In this document: positions 23,651 through 33,160 of the stretch, piece after piece
How the letters are laid out: the number at the start of each line of letters is the position of its first letter
Numbering within the stretch: the first letter of the stretch is position 1
IMG/VR virus record: IMGVR_UViG_3300037755_000446
Coordinates: 1 to 38,519 of that record
Length of the DNA stretch: 38,519 nt
Origin: a virus
Lineage: Duplodnaviria; Caudoviricetes
Strand: one strand, 5' to 3'
Translations under genes and position numbers: made by a program
Notes under the pieces: model-generated
Databases searched by the model: none
What the model was told of the DNA's origin: nothing
The model's input: only the letters and a program-made list of their open reading frames with translations

Positions 23651-24127
23651 TCAGCTCCCTATCCGGACGGCGTAGAAGGTCGGCGACCAGTCCCCAGATA
23701 GTCCGAGGTCGCGCGCCGTGTTGGCAGTGTTGTTCTGATCAACCTTTGCCTCGATGTAATCCCCTGCATCGAACCAATAAACGGTGGACGTCCCACCCTT
23801 CTGGGAGACATTGGCTGTCGTACCGGCGTTCTGCTCCTGGCTGATCGTCGTCGACCCGTTCAGGTCGATCAGGTACCGGACGTAGATGTAGTCAGCGGCT
23901 AGAGCGATCTGACCCTGCCACCCGACGTGGTACCAACCCGCGACGGCGAAAGTAATCCGGGAATTGTTCACGGTGTTGCTGTGCATCCCGTATAGGTCGT
24001 CGACCTCTGAGTCGAACCCGACCGTAACGAGTGTGTTATCGGCACACGACAACACGGTGGTCCGTGTAACGCGGCATGCTTGCGTCGCCACATCACTTGC
24101 CCTGATGAACTCCCCGGCGTTAGGCAT
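23651..24127 (-). CDS. Minor tail / receptor-binding protein (C1q/TNF-like head)
   Basis: VGFDSEVDD.YGMH...SRITFAVAGWYHV...AGDYIE..V.Q pattern. Confidence 0.7.
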   Translation of the reverse strand: MPNAGEFIRASDVATQACRVTRTTVLSCADNTLVTVGFDSEVDDLYGMHSNTVNNSRITFAVAGWYHVGWQGQIALAADYIYVRYLIDLNGSTTISQEQNAGTTANVSQKGGTSTVYWFDAGDYIEAKVDQNNTANTARDLGLSGDWSPTFYAVRIGS

Positions 24128-24139
24128 CTTGCGTCTCCC

Positions 24140-27100
24140 CTACAGCGCGTATATCGCGGGCTTAAAGAGCGCGACCTCGGTACCGGCGTCGTGGGTCTTC
24201 ACGACGCCATTCACGCTGCGCGTTACCGTGAAGATCTGCGAGGCCCCCACACCTGTGACGGCAGAAACGCGCATCCGTTCGCCGCCGATCATCAGGTCAT
24301 AGGGGGCGTCGGCGTCGCCCCACACGGGGCCAGTCGGAGTGATGGCAACAATCGCGCCGCCATCGAGCGTCGCGGGTGAGGTGACGGTCCAGGTCTTGCC
24401 GGTGCTGTCCACGAACGACGTCGTCCCGGCGAGCTGCTCGCCAAAGTTCGGGCTCGCCACGATCGTGCCGCCGATGCCATTGCGGACCTCGGCGGAGAAG
24501 ACGCGGCCCGCCATGCGTTCCGACGCCCCGTTGTTGTACGAGCCGACGTTGACCTCCGCCGTACCCACGAAGAGTGACGTGGTTCCGGCCTGGGTGACCG
24601 TCGCCCCGAGCTGGGTCCACGCGGAACCGTCAGGGCTGGTGTAGAACCGGATGTCCCGACCGGCCGCGCCGTTGTCCACGTCGAGCGTTGCGCGGACCCA
24701 CAGCGGCTCACCATCAGCGACCGTTGGGGCGACCGTGGAACTAGCGAACAGGGCAGCAGCCCCGTCCTCTGACCAACTCAGGGTCAGGAGGCCGGTCGTC
24801 GTCGCGACTCGGAATCTCCAGGACTGTTGGCCTCCACCGGTCATCCACTTGCTGACCAGGGTCGACAATGCACCCGGGGTCCAGTCGTCCAGCGCCACGT
24901 GAGCCCGGACGTCGAGGTTCTGCGTGAAGTCCAAGGAAGCGTGGCTGGGTGTCGAAGCGCGGCCAGGAGACACGCCGTCCAGCAGGAGCGCGCCACCCGC
25001 TGCCAGGGTGGTCCCGTCCGACGAGTACCGCGCCTCACCCGGGCCAGATTCGTCGTCCCACACCGCGACCGCATACGGCGACGCAGGTGAGCAGTTCACA
25101 TCGGTAGTCCACTGGTGCCCTGTCAGCACCTCGCTGAAACCCTGGGCGATCTGCTGCACATCATCCGGTGGCATGAACGCGGGCAGACCCGTCACCGTCA
25201 GCAGGTCCCCGATATCGAGGCGGCGCGCGTCACTGGTCAGGTCCGCGTCACCGGTGAACGCCGGCATGGCCAGATCGAAGCCCAGCACTGGGTACCGCGC
25301 CTCGTCGACCGTGCCGACGTGGACCCGCCACGACGCCTGATCCAACAGGCCGCTGTCGTCCTCCAGCGAAACGGTGACATCCTCTTCATACCGGCCGACG
25401 CCGTCAGGTGGTGGCTGAACGGACATCGCACCGGTAGTCAGCTCAGCCCGTGCCGAAGATCCGTTGGTACGCGTGACGGTGACATCGTTCCGGGTCGACT
25501 CGTCATCCTCGACCGGTTCGATCTGCGCCAGCACCCTGTCGCCGTACGGCAGGGTCAGGCGTGGCGTCTGTGAGTACAAGGACGCCCTCGGTCGGTACGC
25601 CAGCCCGAGCACACCACGCGGCTCGTGCAGAATGCCCATGTCCGACGCCGCCGCCCCTCGCAACGCCTCCAGTTGCATGCCGGGTAGCTGTGGCCCCAGG
25701 AGTGTCGAGTCGGCAAAGTCGCCAGCGATGACAACCTCTACCCCCAGCTCGGTGCCGACGCGGAGGACACGCTCCGTGGCGCGCTCCCCGTCATACGCGG
25801 ACAACGCTCTTGTCAAAGCACCGGAGGGCAGACTCTCATTCAGGACTGCCACGTGACCAATAGACCCACCTGCCAGACCGGCACCCCACCCGTTCATCAC
25901 TACTTGCCAAGCGCGAGTGGCCGTCTGGGACGCCAGTGTGCCTGTCTGTGACACCGCACTGAGAGTCCCGGTGACATTCCGGCGGAGTGTCCAATCGACG
26001 TTCGCCCCGTTCTGCACGAGGGTCAACTGAAGCCACGCGTCGACACCGTTCAGGGCGAAGACGGTCTGGAACGCTGTCGAGAGCAGGTTGACGCCCTCCC
26101 CGTCCTGCGCCACCAGTGACACCGCACCATCCGAACGGGTGCGGATCGCCCACCGCGACGCCGTCCCATCCGTGTGTATCCGGCAGATGCTCGTGTCACT
26201 CGCCACCCCCGCCGCAGGGACGTGTACCAAGAACCGCACATGCACCACGCCGGTACTTGGATAGAAAGGCACATGCCCTATCCATGACCCGTCCTCGATT
26301 ACCGGTATCGGCTTGGACGCGGCATACCCTTCATACCCAGCGAATTCCGCCGTACCGTCGAGGGTCATGCCTTGGTGTCCGGGGATGGCGGAGGCGAACT
26401 GAGTTGATTCACTTCCGTCTTCGCAAGGCCAGTACGCCACCAATGACCCCAGTGACGTCAGCCCACGATAAAGCACTGACGTTTCTTCCGACGACCCCTG
26501 GCTAAGCCTGCGGAATATCCCCGACGCTTGGATGGGGACGGTTGCGTCCCGTGCCGTCTTGTCCCACCGAGGAGGCCACGAACTGACCTCGCCATGGAAC
26601 CGGGCCCCGGGGTTCACGATCACCGCAGGTCCAACCAAAGACCATGCCCTGCCCTGGGCGTCCGTGAAATCCGTGATGGTGCTGTCCTGGGCGGTAAAGT
26701 CCGGTGACGTAACCACTGTGCCGCCGATACCGGAACGAACCTGCGCGCCGTACACCTTGCCCTGGAGAAGTACATCCTGGCTGGAATCCGACAGGGCATA
26801 ACCAACCCTGACTGCTGCGGTACCCGAATGGACCGAGGTGACCCCCGCCGTGGTGACAGTCGACCCGAGTTGGGTGTACGCGCCATTGATGTCCGTGGCG
26901 GTCCAGAACTTCACGTCGCTCCCGGCGGCACCGTTATTCACGTCCAACGTGACCCGCACGGTCAGACGGGGCGAACCCTCGTCCACTGCCACCGTCGAGT
27001 ACACGGTAGCCACCTCGTTCGTACCGTTTGCCGACCAGTAGAAGGCGAGCCGCCCATCAGGTTCCAACCAGAAGGACCAGGAACGCGTGTCGGGGAAGTA

Positions 27101-27541
27101 GTCCTTCTTGCTCGCCAGCCCGTACCCGTACCAGTCATCCCCAGGGCGCCAGGTATGAGGCTCCACGTCCACTCGCACGTCGATGTCCCCAGTGATGTCC
27201 AGGGCTGCGACATCCGGCGTGGCGGCGTACGCCAAGCCTGTCCCGAGGGTCGACAGGCCGTTTCCCTGCAAGTGCAGGTGCACGACCTCGGTAGTCGGCG
27301 CCAGGACACGGATCGGCGTGTTCCGACCCAGCTTCCCGTAGTACGCACCATTCGGGTTCCGCGGCGAGTAGTTCCCCGACCGGTTGTCCAGCGTCAGGGA
27401 GCACGACGACGGCTCCACTGTGGACGCCTCATCCGGGCGACCTCGCGTGATCGTGATCCCGTCCGCATACCGAACGTCCGCAGAGATGTCCGTCCACACG
27501 CCGTCGATCAGCATCTGGGTCTCGATGTCGAAGGTCGTCAT
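24140..27541 (-). CDS. Large minor tail protein with two inserted LamG/ConA-like domains
   Basis: WTDISADVR...ITRGRPDE...LTLDNRSGNYSPRNP N-terminus, VAYWPCEDG motif, internal duplication; follows the tape measure gene. Confidence 0.85.
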   Translation of the reverse strand: MTTFDIETQMLIDGVWTDISADVRYADGITITRGRPDEASTVEPSSCSLTLDNRSGNYSPRNPNGAYYGKLGRNTPIRVLAPTTEVVHLHLQGNGLSTLGTGLAYAATPDVAALDITGDIDVRVDVEPHTWRPGDDWYGYGLASKKDYFPDTRSWSFWLEPDGRLAFYWSANGTNEVATVYSTVAVDEGSPRLTVRVTLDVNNGAAGSDVKFWTATDINGAYTQLGSTVTTAGVTSVHSGTAAVRVGYALSDSSQDVLLQGKVYGAQVRSGIGGTVVTSPDFTAQDSTITDFTDAQGRAWSLVGPAVIVNPGARFHGEVSSWPPRWDKTARDATVPIQASGIFRRLSQGSSEETSVLYRGLTSLGSLVAYWPCEDGSESTQFASAIPGHQGMTLDGTAEFAGYEGYAASKPIPVIEDGSWIGHVPFYPSTGVVHVRFLVHVPAAGVASDTSICRIHTDGTASRWAIRTRSDGAVSLVAQDGEGVNLLSTAFQTVFALNGVDAWLQLTLVQNGANVDWTLRRNVTGTLSAVSQTGTLASQTATRAWQVVMNGWGAGLAGGSIGHVAVLNESLPSGALTRALSAYDGERATERVLRVGTELGVEVVIAGDFADSTLLGPQLPGMQLEALRGAAASDMGILHEPRGVLGLAYRPRASLYSQTPRLTLPYGDRVLAQIEPVEDDESTRNDVTVTRTNGSSARAELTTGAMSVQPPPDGVGRYEEDVTVSLEDDSGLLDQASWRVHVGTVDEARYPVLGFDLAMPAFTGDADLTSDARRLDIGDLLTVTGLPAFMPPDDVQQIAQGFSEVLTGHQWTTDVNCSPASPYAVAVWDDESGPGEARYSSDGTTLAAGGALLLDGVSPGRASTPSHASLDFTQNLDVRAHVALDDWTPGALSTLVSKWMTGGGQQSWRFRVATTTGLLTLSWSEDGAAALFASSTVAPTVADGEPLWVRATLDVDNGAAGRDIRFYTSPDGSAWTQLGATVTQAGTTSLFVGTAEVNVGSYNNGASERMAGRVFSAEVRNGIGGTIVASPNFGEQLAGTTSFVDSTGKTWTVTSPATLDGGAIVAITPTGPVWGDADAPYDLMIGGERMRVSAVTGVGASQIFTVTRSVNGVVKTHDAGTEVALFKPAIYAL

Positions 27542-30177
27542 GAGCGCCCCAATGCCATCTGGACGTTGCCGCCATGCTTCTTGCGGACCTCTTCACGGAT
27601 GAGCTTCATCAGCGCTGGACCGAGGTCCACGTTGACCGTCTTCGCCGGCTGAGCATCCGCACGACGCAGCGGCTCCGGGCGACCGAGTCCGTTGTACACG
27701 GTGTTGTACCCGGGCGAGAGCGTGCCCCCGTTGTCGAACTTCGGGATCTTCCCGGGGATCGGGCTGCCCGGGACCTTCTTGTTGATGTACCCCGCGATGT
27801 TCGACCACAGGCCGGCGGACATCTTCTTGAGGAAGCCCGTCATCCAGCCGCCGTGGGTCATCATCTCGGAGATCTGCTTGGGGAGTGCCCGGAGCGTCTT
27901 CAGGGTGTCCGCGATCGTGGAGAACCATCCACCCTGGTTCATCGCCGACTTGCCACCGGCGCCGAGGTGAGCCATCTGGGAGAACCCGCCCGAGATGGCA
28001 CCCATCGCGCCCGGGCCCACCAGGACGCCCCGGCCGCCACGGGACTCGACGTTAGTTCCGGCGAGCGTGCCAGCCATGTGCCCGACGCCGGACAGCCCGT
28101 AGTTCGGGGTGGAGGAGATCGTGAACTGACCGGGCCCTTTCTTGAACCCGCCCCACGGGAAGTTCGCGGTGCTGCCCCGCCTCGAGTGCGGGTACTTGTC
28201 CTGCAGCACGTTCGTGATCGCCGACATGAACCCGCTGCAGTCGTACGCGCTCGGCCCGACGGCGCCCCAGCCGTACGGCTTGCGCGCTTGCGACGCCGCG
28301 AACTTCTGCGCCCGACCGATCGCAGCAGCATCCAGTGCCCCACCGTTCGCGAACTTCGGGTCGCCGTTCAGGTTCCCGTTCAGCACCGCCTTGCGCATCG
28401 CGTACATCGCACCCTGGCCGCCAGCAGCCCGGACCTCCGCAGCGGTCCATACGTGCTCACCCTTGGACAGGCGCGCCGTGATGCTGTCCGACGTCCCGGT
28501 CCCAGGGCCGCGGATCGCGCCACCCTTGGCGAACTTGAGCTTCACCGGCGAGATGTTCACGCCCGGGATCGCATTCAGCATCTTGCGCAGGCCGTTGTTC
28601 CAGACCGTGTTGACGAGGAACCTCACGGGCTTCTTCGCCATGTCCTGCAGCCCGTTCCACCAGGACTTGACCTTTGCCACGCCGGTCTTGAACGCACTCG
28701 GGATGGTCTTCGTGACAAAGTTCGCGATCGGGGAGAACACGTGCTTCTTGATCCACTGCCATCCGGCATTCAGACCCGACTTGATTTTCGACCAATGCTT
28801 GATGATCATCACGACCGCGAACCCGATCGGGCCAGTCAAGATCCCGAGCAACAGCGGCCAGTTCTTCTTGATCCAACCCCACACTTTGGAGATCGCACCA
28901 AGGATCCAGTTCCACGCCTTCCGGAAGAACGCGACAGTGCTCTCCAGCGCGACCTTCAAGAACCCCACGAATGACGCCCAGATCTTCTTGCCGAGCTTCG
29001 TCTTCGTGAAGAACCACACGAGGGCGGCGACCAGCGCGACGACGGCCGTGATGATGATGCCGATCACGTTCGCCTTCATGGCGACGTTTAGTGCCTTCTG
29101 GGCGACGGTGATCGCCTTGATGATCGCGGGCACGGTGACCGTGAAGAAGATGTACAGCTTCCATGCAGCCAGGGCGACCCCGAGGGCAACAGCAACACCC
29201 ATCATCAGGTCTCTGTTCTTGGCCATCCATTCGCCCATGCGCTGCACCGCAGGAACAACAGTGTTCTTGACGAACCCGCCGAACTCCTTGAGGCGCGGAA
29301 TGATCTCACTCTTGAACCACTCGGCAAACTTCTTGAGGGCCGGCACGCCCTTGGATGTGATCCAGTCGCCGACCTTCTCCATCGCCGGCATGAGATAGGT
29401 CTCAAAGGCGGGCAGCACCTTGTTCAGCACAAAGTCCGTGAGCAGCTTGAAGACCGGCACGAGCTTGAGGCCAACCTTCTCGATGACCTGCGACCAGCCG
29501 ACCTTGATCTGGTCCGACGCGTTCGCGGTGGCCTTCGCCACTCCGCCGACCTGGCCCTCGACCGCCTTCATGATCATCTTCTGAGCACCGGCGACATCGC
29601 CGGCCTCCTGCATCGCCTTGATCTTCTCCTTCTCCTTCTCGGTGAAGGAGACGCCAACCCGGGACAGCGCGGTCAGACCCTTGGTCGGGTCCTGCAGCGC
29701 CTTGCCGAGCATGGTCGACGCGGACGAGACCGAGCCGAACCCTGCGGCCGACAGGTCGGTCGCCAGGCCAAGGGTCTTGTCGAACGTGCCCCCGACCTTG
29801 TCCGCCGATCCAGCGATGCTGGAGAACGTCGACAGGACCGCCGCGCCCTCCTTGACCAGGTTCTGGTCAATGCCCGTCTGGCGCGCGAGCTTGTCGGACA
29901 GGTTGACCACTCGACCGGAGACCTTGTCTGCCGCCGCGCCGAACTGATCCATCGACTTGAAGATCTGCTTGATACGGGCGTTAGACGTTCCCGCCTTCTC
30001 GCCCGCATCGAACAGGGCCTTGCCCGCGACCACAGCACCTGCAGCCATCGCCGCGCTCGCGACCAGCGCCACCTTGCCGACGCCCTTGAGGATGCCGCCG
30101 ACCTTGCCGGAAGACTTCTGCAGGGGCTTCGTGTCACCCGTGTATCGGACTACTAGCTGACCAGCCCTGGAAACCAT
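27538..30177 (-). CDS. Tape measure protein with an NlpC/P60-like domain
   Basis: Ala/Gly/Lys-rich helical protein with Trp/Phe repeats, GPGTGTSDSI.ARLS.GE.V motif, PYGWGAVGPSAYDCSG...GHMAG. Confidence 0.93.
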   Translation of the reverse strand: MVSRAGQLVVRYTGDTKPLQKSSGKVGGILKGVGKVALVASAAMAAGAVVAGKALFDAGEKAGTSNARIKQIFKSMDQFGAAADKVSGRVVNLSDKLARQTGIDQNLVKEGAAVLSTFSSIAGSADKVGGTFDKTLGLATDLSAAGFGSVSSASTMLGKALQDPTKGLTALSRVGVSFTEKEKEKIKAMQEAGDVAGAQKMIMKAVEGQVGGVAKATANASDQIKVGWSQVIEKVGLKLVPVFKLLTDFVLNKVLPAFETYLMPAMEKVGDWITSKGVPALKKFAEWFKSEIIPRLKEFGGFVKNTVVPAVQRMGEWMAKNRDLMMGVAVALGVALAAWKLYIFFTVTVPAIIKAITVAQKALNVAMKANVIGIIITAVVALVAALVWFFTKTKLGKKIWASFVGFLKVALESTVAFFRKAWNWILGAISKVWGWIKKNWPLLLGILTGPIGFAVVMIIKHWSKIKSGLNAGWQWIKKHVFSPIANFVTKTIPSAFKTGVAKVKSWWNGLQDMAKKPVRFLVNTVWNNGLRKMLNAIPGVNISPVKLKFAKGGAIRGPGTGTSDSITARLSKGEHVWTAAEVRAAGGQGAMYAMRKAVLNGNLNGDPKFANGGALDAAAIGRAQKFAASQARKPYGWGAVGPSAYDCSGFMSAITNVLQDKYPHSRRGSTANFPWGGFKKGPGQFTISSTPNYGLSGVGHMAGTLAGTNVESRGGRGVLVGPGAMGAISGGFSQMAHLGAGGKSAMNQGGWFSTIADTLKTLRALPKQISEMMTHGGWMTGFLKKMSAGLWSNIAGYINKKVPGSPIPGKIPKFDNGGTLSPGYNTVYNGLGRPEPLRRADAQPAKTVNVDLGPALMKLIREEVRKKHGGNVQMALGRS

Positions 30178-30192
30178 CGGGTCACCCCCTGT

Positions 30193-30608
30193 TCAGTTGT
30201 CTTCCTGTGCCTTCTGCCATCTCTGCATGTACCGGCCGAAGGCGTAGTACTCCTCGACGCCCAAGTCCTCGAACTGGCCCGGGGTGATCCGCCAGAAATG
30301 GCAGTACTGCGCCATCTCGTCGTAGTACTCCTCCCTGAGGAGTGCTACGGCTTGGTAGGGTCCTCGACGTCAACGTCGTCGTCGACCTCGGGCACGACCT
30401 CCCCGAAGTCCTCGCCCTCGTCGAGGTCGTCGCCTTCGTCGTCGTCGTCGATCTCCTCGTCCAGCCAGGGCTGGAACGACAGGGTGATATCCCCTGACTT
30501 ACGGCCCGCGAGGAACTCGGCAGCGAGGCCCAGGAGCAGCGGGTTGGACGGGTCCATCTTGTGCCGCAGGAGCAGTTTGGACGCGTCCAGCAGGTCTCGT
30601 CTCTTCAT
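30193..30608 (-). CDS. Tail assembly chaperone (30345-30608) with a -1 frameshift extension to 30193
   Basis: Ends GAC CCT ACC AAG CCG TAG. The -1 frame reads PYQAVALLREEYYDEMAQYCHFWRITPGQFEDLGVEEY...EDN*. Immediately upstream of the tape measure gene. Confidence 0.8.
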
Positions 30609-30611
30609 CGG

Positions 30612-31022
30612 TCAGCCCTTCTTCGCAGTGATTCCAGCCTCGCGCGCGACGCCCAAGAGGGCGTCCATGTATTCCTTCTCGATGTACGGCATCTCGTTCA
30701 CAGCCGACTGCCGTATGTAGGGCCGCTTGATCCCGTCGCGAGACACCACTCGCCGCCCCCATTGCTGGACGGGGTTCGTCCGCGCCTTCGTGCCCGCCAG
30801 GATCCGCAGCACGTTCGTGGAGGCGGACGCGCGCGGTTTGGCTCCCGCGCCCGCCCCCACAGATTCCGGCTTCGGGTACGCGCGGTCGATGATGCGCTGA
30901 CCGATGGCCTTGTTGCGCTGACCGAGTTCCTTGCGCAGCGCCGGGTCGATCTTGCCGATGGCCTTGACCAGCTCCCGGACGCCGTCGACCTGGATGGGCG
31001 CCCCGGTCGGGGACTTGGCCAT
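30612..31022 (-). CDS. HK97 gp10-like tail completion protein
   Basis: IQVDGVRELVKAI..ID..LRKEL; basic; ends RPYIRQS. Confidence 0.65.
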   Translation of the reverse strand: MAKSPTGAPIQVDGVRELVKAIGKIDPALRKELGQRNKAIGQRIIDRAYPKPESVGAGAGAKPRASASTNVLRILAGTKARTNPVQQWGRRVVSRDGIKRPYIRQSAVNEMPYIEKEYMDALLGVAREAGITAKKG

Positions 31023-31027
31023 GAGGC

Positions 31028-31450
31028 TCAGATCCCTGTGCCGCGCTGGATGCCGGTGGGCGACGAGTTGCGGATCGGGACGTCGGTCGCAGACGCCTCG
31101 CCGACGGCACCGGCGATCGGGTTGAACCCGAGCAGCACACCCGTCATCGTGTACTCCGGGTTGGTCGCCGAGGCGACGGCCGAAGTCGGACGGACGATGA
31201 CCGGGAACGGGTCACCCGACTGCGACAGGGGCCACAGGGTGTCGTCGACACTCGCCGCCTCGAAATCCTGGAAGACGTTCAGCGTGATCGTGCCGTCGCC
31301 GAGGCCCTGCAGGATCTCCTTGTACAGGCCACCGAAGCCGGTCACGTCGACCTCGTCGAACGTTGACTCGACCGTCACCGACGAGCAGTGGTCGGAAAGG
31401 TCCACTCCATCGACCGAGACGAAGGCATCTTTCAGTACGAACTTTGCCAT
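31028..31450 (-). CDS. Major tail tube protein
   Basis: V.VDGVDLSDH.SSVT....EVDVTGFG...GL.DG.ITL...QDF...NPEY. Confidence 0.88.
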   Translation of the reverse strand: MAKFVLKDAFVSVDGVDLSDHCSSVTVESTFDEVDVTGFGGLYKEILQGLGDGTITLNVFQDFEAASVDDTLWPLSQSGDPFPVIVRPTSAVASATNPEYTMTGVLLGFNPIAGAVGEASATDVPIRNSSPTGIQRGTGI

Positions 31451-31457
31451 GGCTCAC

Positions 31458-31655
31458 TCACTCCTCTTCTGTGTCGGCCGTGGTGGCCGCGGTAGTGCCG
31501 GACTGCGCCGGCGTCTTGGCGGCCGGACGGATCTGCCCGCGCTGCAGGAGACGCTGAGTCCCCGGGTCCTCCGGGTCGAGGTCGACGACCTCGCCAGGAG
31601 AAATCTCGCGGACCCGAAGAGGTCCGACGACGGTGTACTTCTTCGGCTTGGCCAT
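31458..31655 (-). CDS. Small hypothetical virion-module protein
   Basis: GGAAGG RBS; lies between the tail terminator and tail tube genes. Confidence 0.7.
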   Translation of the reverse strand: MAKPKKYTVVGPLRVREISPGEVVDLDPEDPGTQRLLQRGQIRPAAKTPAQSGTTAATTADTEEE

Positions 31656-31656
31656 C

Positions 31657-32073
31657 TCACGCCTTCCCTGGTGCCATGACGTGGACCATCAGGACCGCGC
31701 CGAGGTAGGTGATGCCGTTCACCTCGTGTGCGCCGTAGTCCGTGGACCGTTCGACACGCAGGTCATCGACCACGCCACCGAGAGTGGAATCTGCTTCTAT
31801 CGCCGCCTTGATCGACGACGCGCCGAACGGGTCCAGGTATGAGTCGAGCTGGTCCTGGCCGTCGACATCCGAGGCGCGCGACGCGAAGACCATGATCGGG
31901 ATGGTGTGGTCGTCGTGGCCGCGACCGAACGTCTTGTCGTACTCGGTGTCGGGGCCGCCGACCATCGCGACCGGCACATTGGCAACGTCGCGGACGTACT
32001 TCTCAGCCTGCAGCCCGGGAACGGTCGCGATCGCCGTCTGGAGCGCCGCCCTGATGTCCGAGATCTTTCCCAT
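31657..32073 (-). CDS. Tail terminator
   Basis: Start ATG 32073, MGKISDIRAAL...SIKAAIEADSTLGG.VDDLRV. Confidence 0.75.
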   Translation of the reverse strand: MGKISDIRAALQTAIATVPGLQAEKYVRDVANVPVAMVGGPDTEYDKTFGRGHDDHTIPIMVFASRASDVDGQDQLDSYLDPFGASSIKAAIEADSTLGGVVDDLRVERSTDYGAHEVNGITYLGAVLMVHVMAPGKA

Positions 32074-32681
32074 CACGCCACTGCCACGGGGTAGCGCACG
32101 TACGGGGCCAATCTCTTCATGACCATCTTGTTCTCGCGCACACTGACCGTCCCGTAGTCCGTCGCGCCGGCGACACCGAACGGTGCGTCCTTCATCTTGA
32201 AGAGCTCGTGCGCGATCATCAGGCACGCCTGCTTCACGGGGAGCGGCACCGCCGTCCAGCCCCAGCGCGCAGTCACCTGGACGGAGGCGAACTTGGCCGT
32301 CGGGAACAGGCGCGAACCATCCGACCACAGTTCGTAGAACGGCCACCCGGGTTGACCTGACACGACGCCGTTCAACGGCCGCTGCTCGAACTCGGCAGAT
32401 GCCCACGTCGTGTCGTACACGCCGTCACCGTTCGTGCTCGTCTTCACGATCAGGCCGGTCGGCGTGTGAAAGTCGTCGACCTTCACCAGCGTGGAGTGCA
32501 GCGGCCGGTACACCCGAGCGGACGCAGTATCAGCGTCATTGAACTGCCGGTGGCACACCGACTCGATTGCCCGAGACGCTGCCGTCAACGCATCCGTGAG
32601 GACGTCGTCGTACGTGTCCTGGGTGTTGTTCGAGTACACCTTCAGTTCCGCGAGCGTCGCGTAGTCCGCGCCGAGAGCCAA
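32073..32681 (-). CDS. Head-tail connector/adaptor
   Basis: YATLAELK...AASRAIESVCHRQF...VQVTARWGW.AVP.PVKQACL. Confidence 0.85.
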   Translation of the reverse strand: MALGADYATLAELKVYSNNTQDTYDDVLTDALTAASRAIESVCHRQFNDADTASARVYRPLHSTLVKVDDFHTPTGLIVKTSTNGDGVYDTTWASAEFEQRPLNGVVSGQPGWPFYELWSDGSRLFPTAKFASVQVTARWGWTAVPLPVKQACLMIAHELFKMKDAPFGVAGATDYGTVSVRENKMVMKRLAPYVRYPVAVA

Positions 32682-32684
32682 GGG

Positions 32685-33074
32685 TCAGCCCTCGTGCGGT
32701 GCAGGCTCAGGCGTCGGCTCCGGTGCGGGCTCGACGGCGGGTGCCGCGTGAGCCGCGGTGTACGCCTCGACGACGGCGTCCGAGATCTTGCCACGCTTGG
32801 GCACGTCGATCCCGTTCTCCGTGGCCCACGCGCGAACGGCCTTGGTGTCGGGGCCGGACTCTGGCGGCGGCTCGGGGCGCTTCTGTCCGGGGCGGGCCCT
32901 GGCGTCCTCGATGCCGCGCGATACGCCAACCTCCGAGAACAGGTGCTCACGCCCCTTGACGATGGGGTGGTCCGCACGGATGCGAGTCTCCCCGGCGTGG
33001 ATGACCACACGACGGCCGTCGTAATGGCAGGAGAAGCTGGTCTTCGCGACCAGGAGCGGTGCTGCGTCTTCCAT
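32685..33074 (-). CDS. Head-module protein with a C-terminal Lsr2-like DNA-binding domain
   Basis: DTKAVRAWATENGIDVPKRGKISDAVVEAYTAAH. Confidence 0.85.
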   Translation of the reverse strand: MEDAAPLLVAKTSFSCHYDGRRVVIHAGETRIRADHPIVKGREHLFSEVGVSRGIEDARARPGQKRPEPPPESGPDTKAVRAWATENGIDVPKRGKISDAVVEAYTAAHAAPAVEPAPEPTPEPAPHEG

Positions 33075-33115
33075 CGGGGTGCCCCTCTCAGAGACGTGGG
33101 AAGTTGGGGTGCACA

Positions 33116-33148
33116 GAGGGCGCCCACGCAGGATGCGTGGACGCCCTC
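33116..33148 (-). terminator. Hairpin after the capsid gene (attenuator/stabiliser)
   Basis: Minus strand GAGGGCGTCCACGCA-TCC-TGCGTGGGCGCCCTC, a 15-bp stem with one G-U pair. Confidence 0.75.
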
Positions 33149-33160
33149 AGGCGGTTCTGA

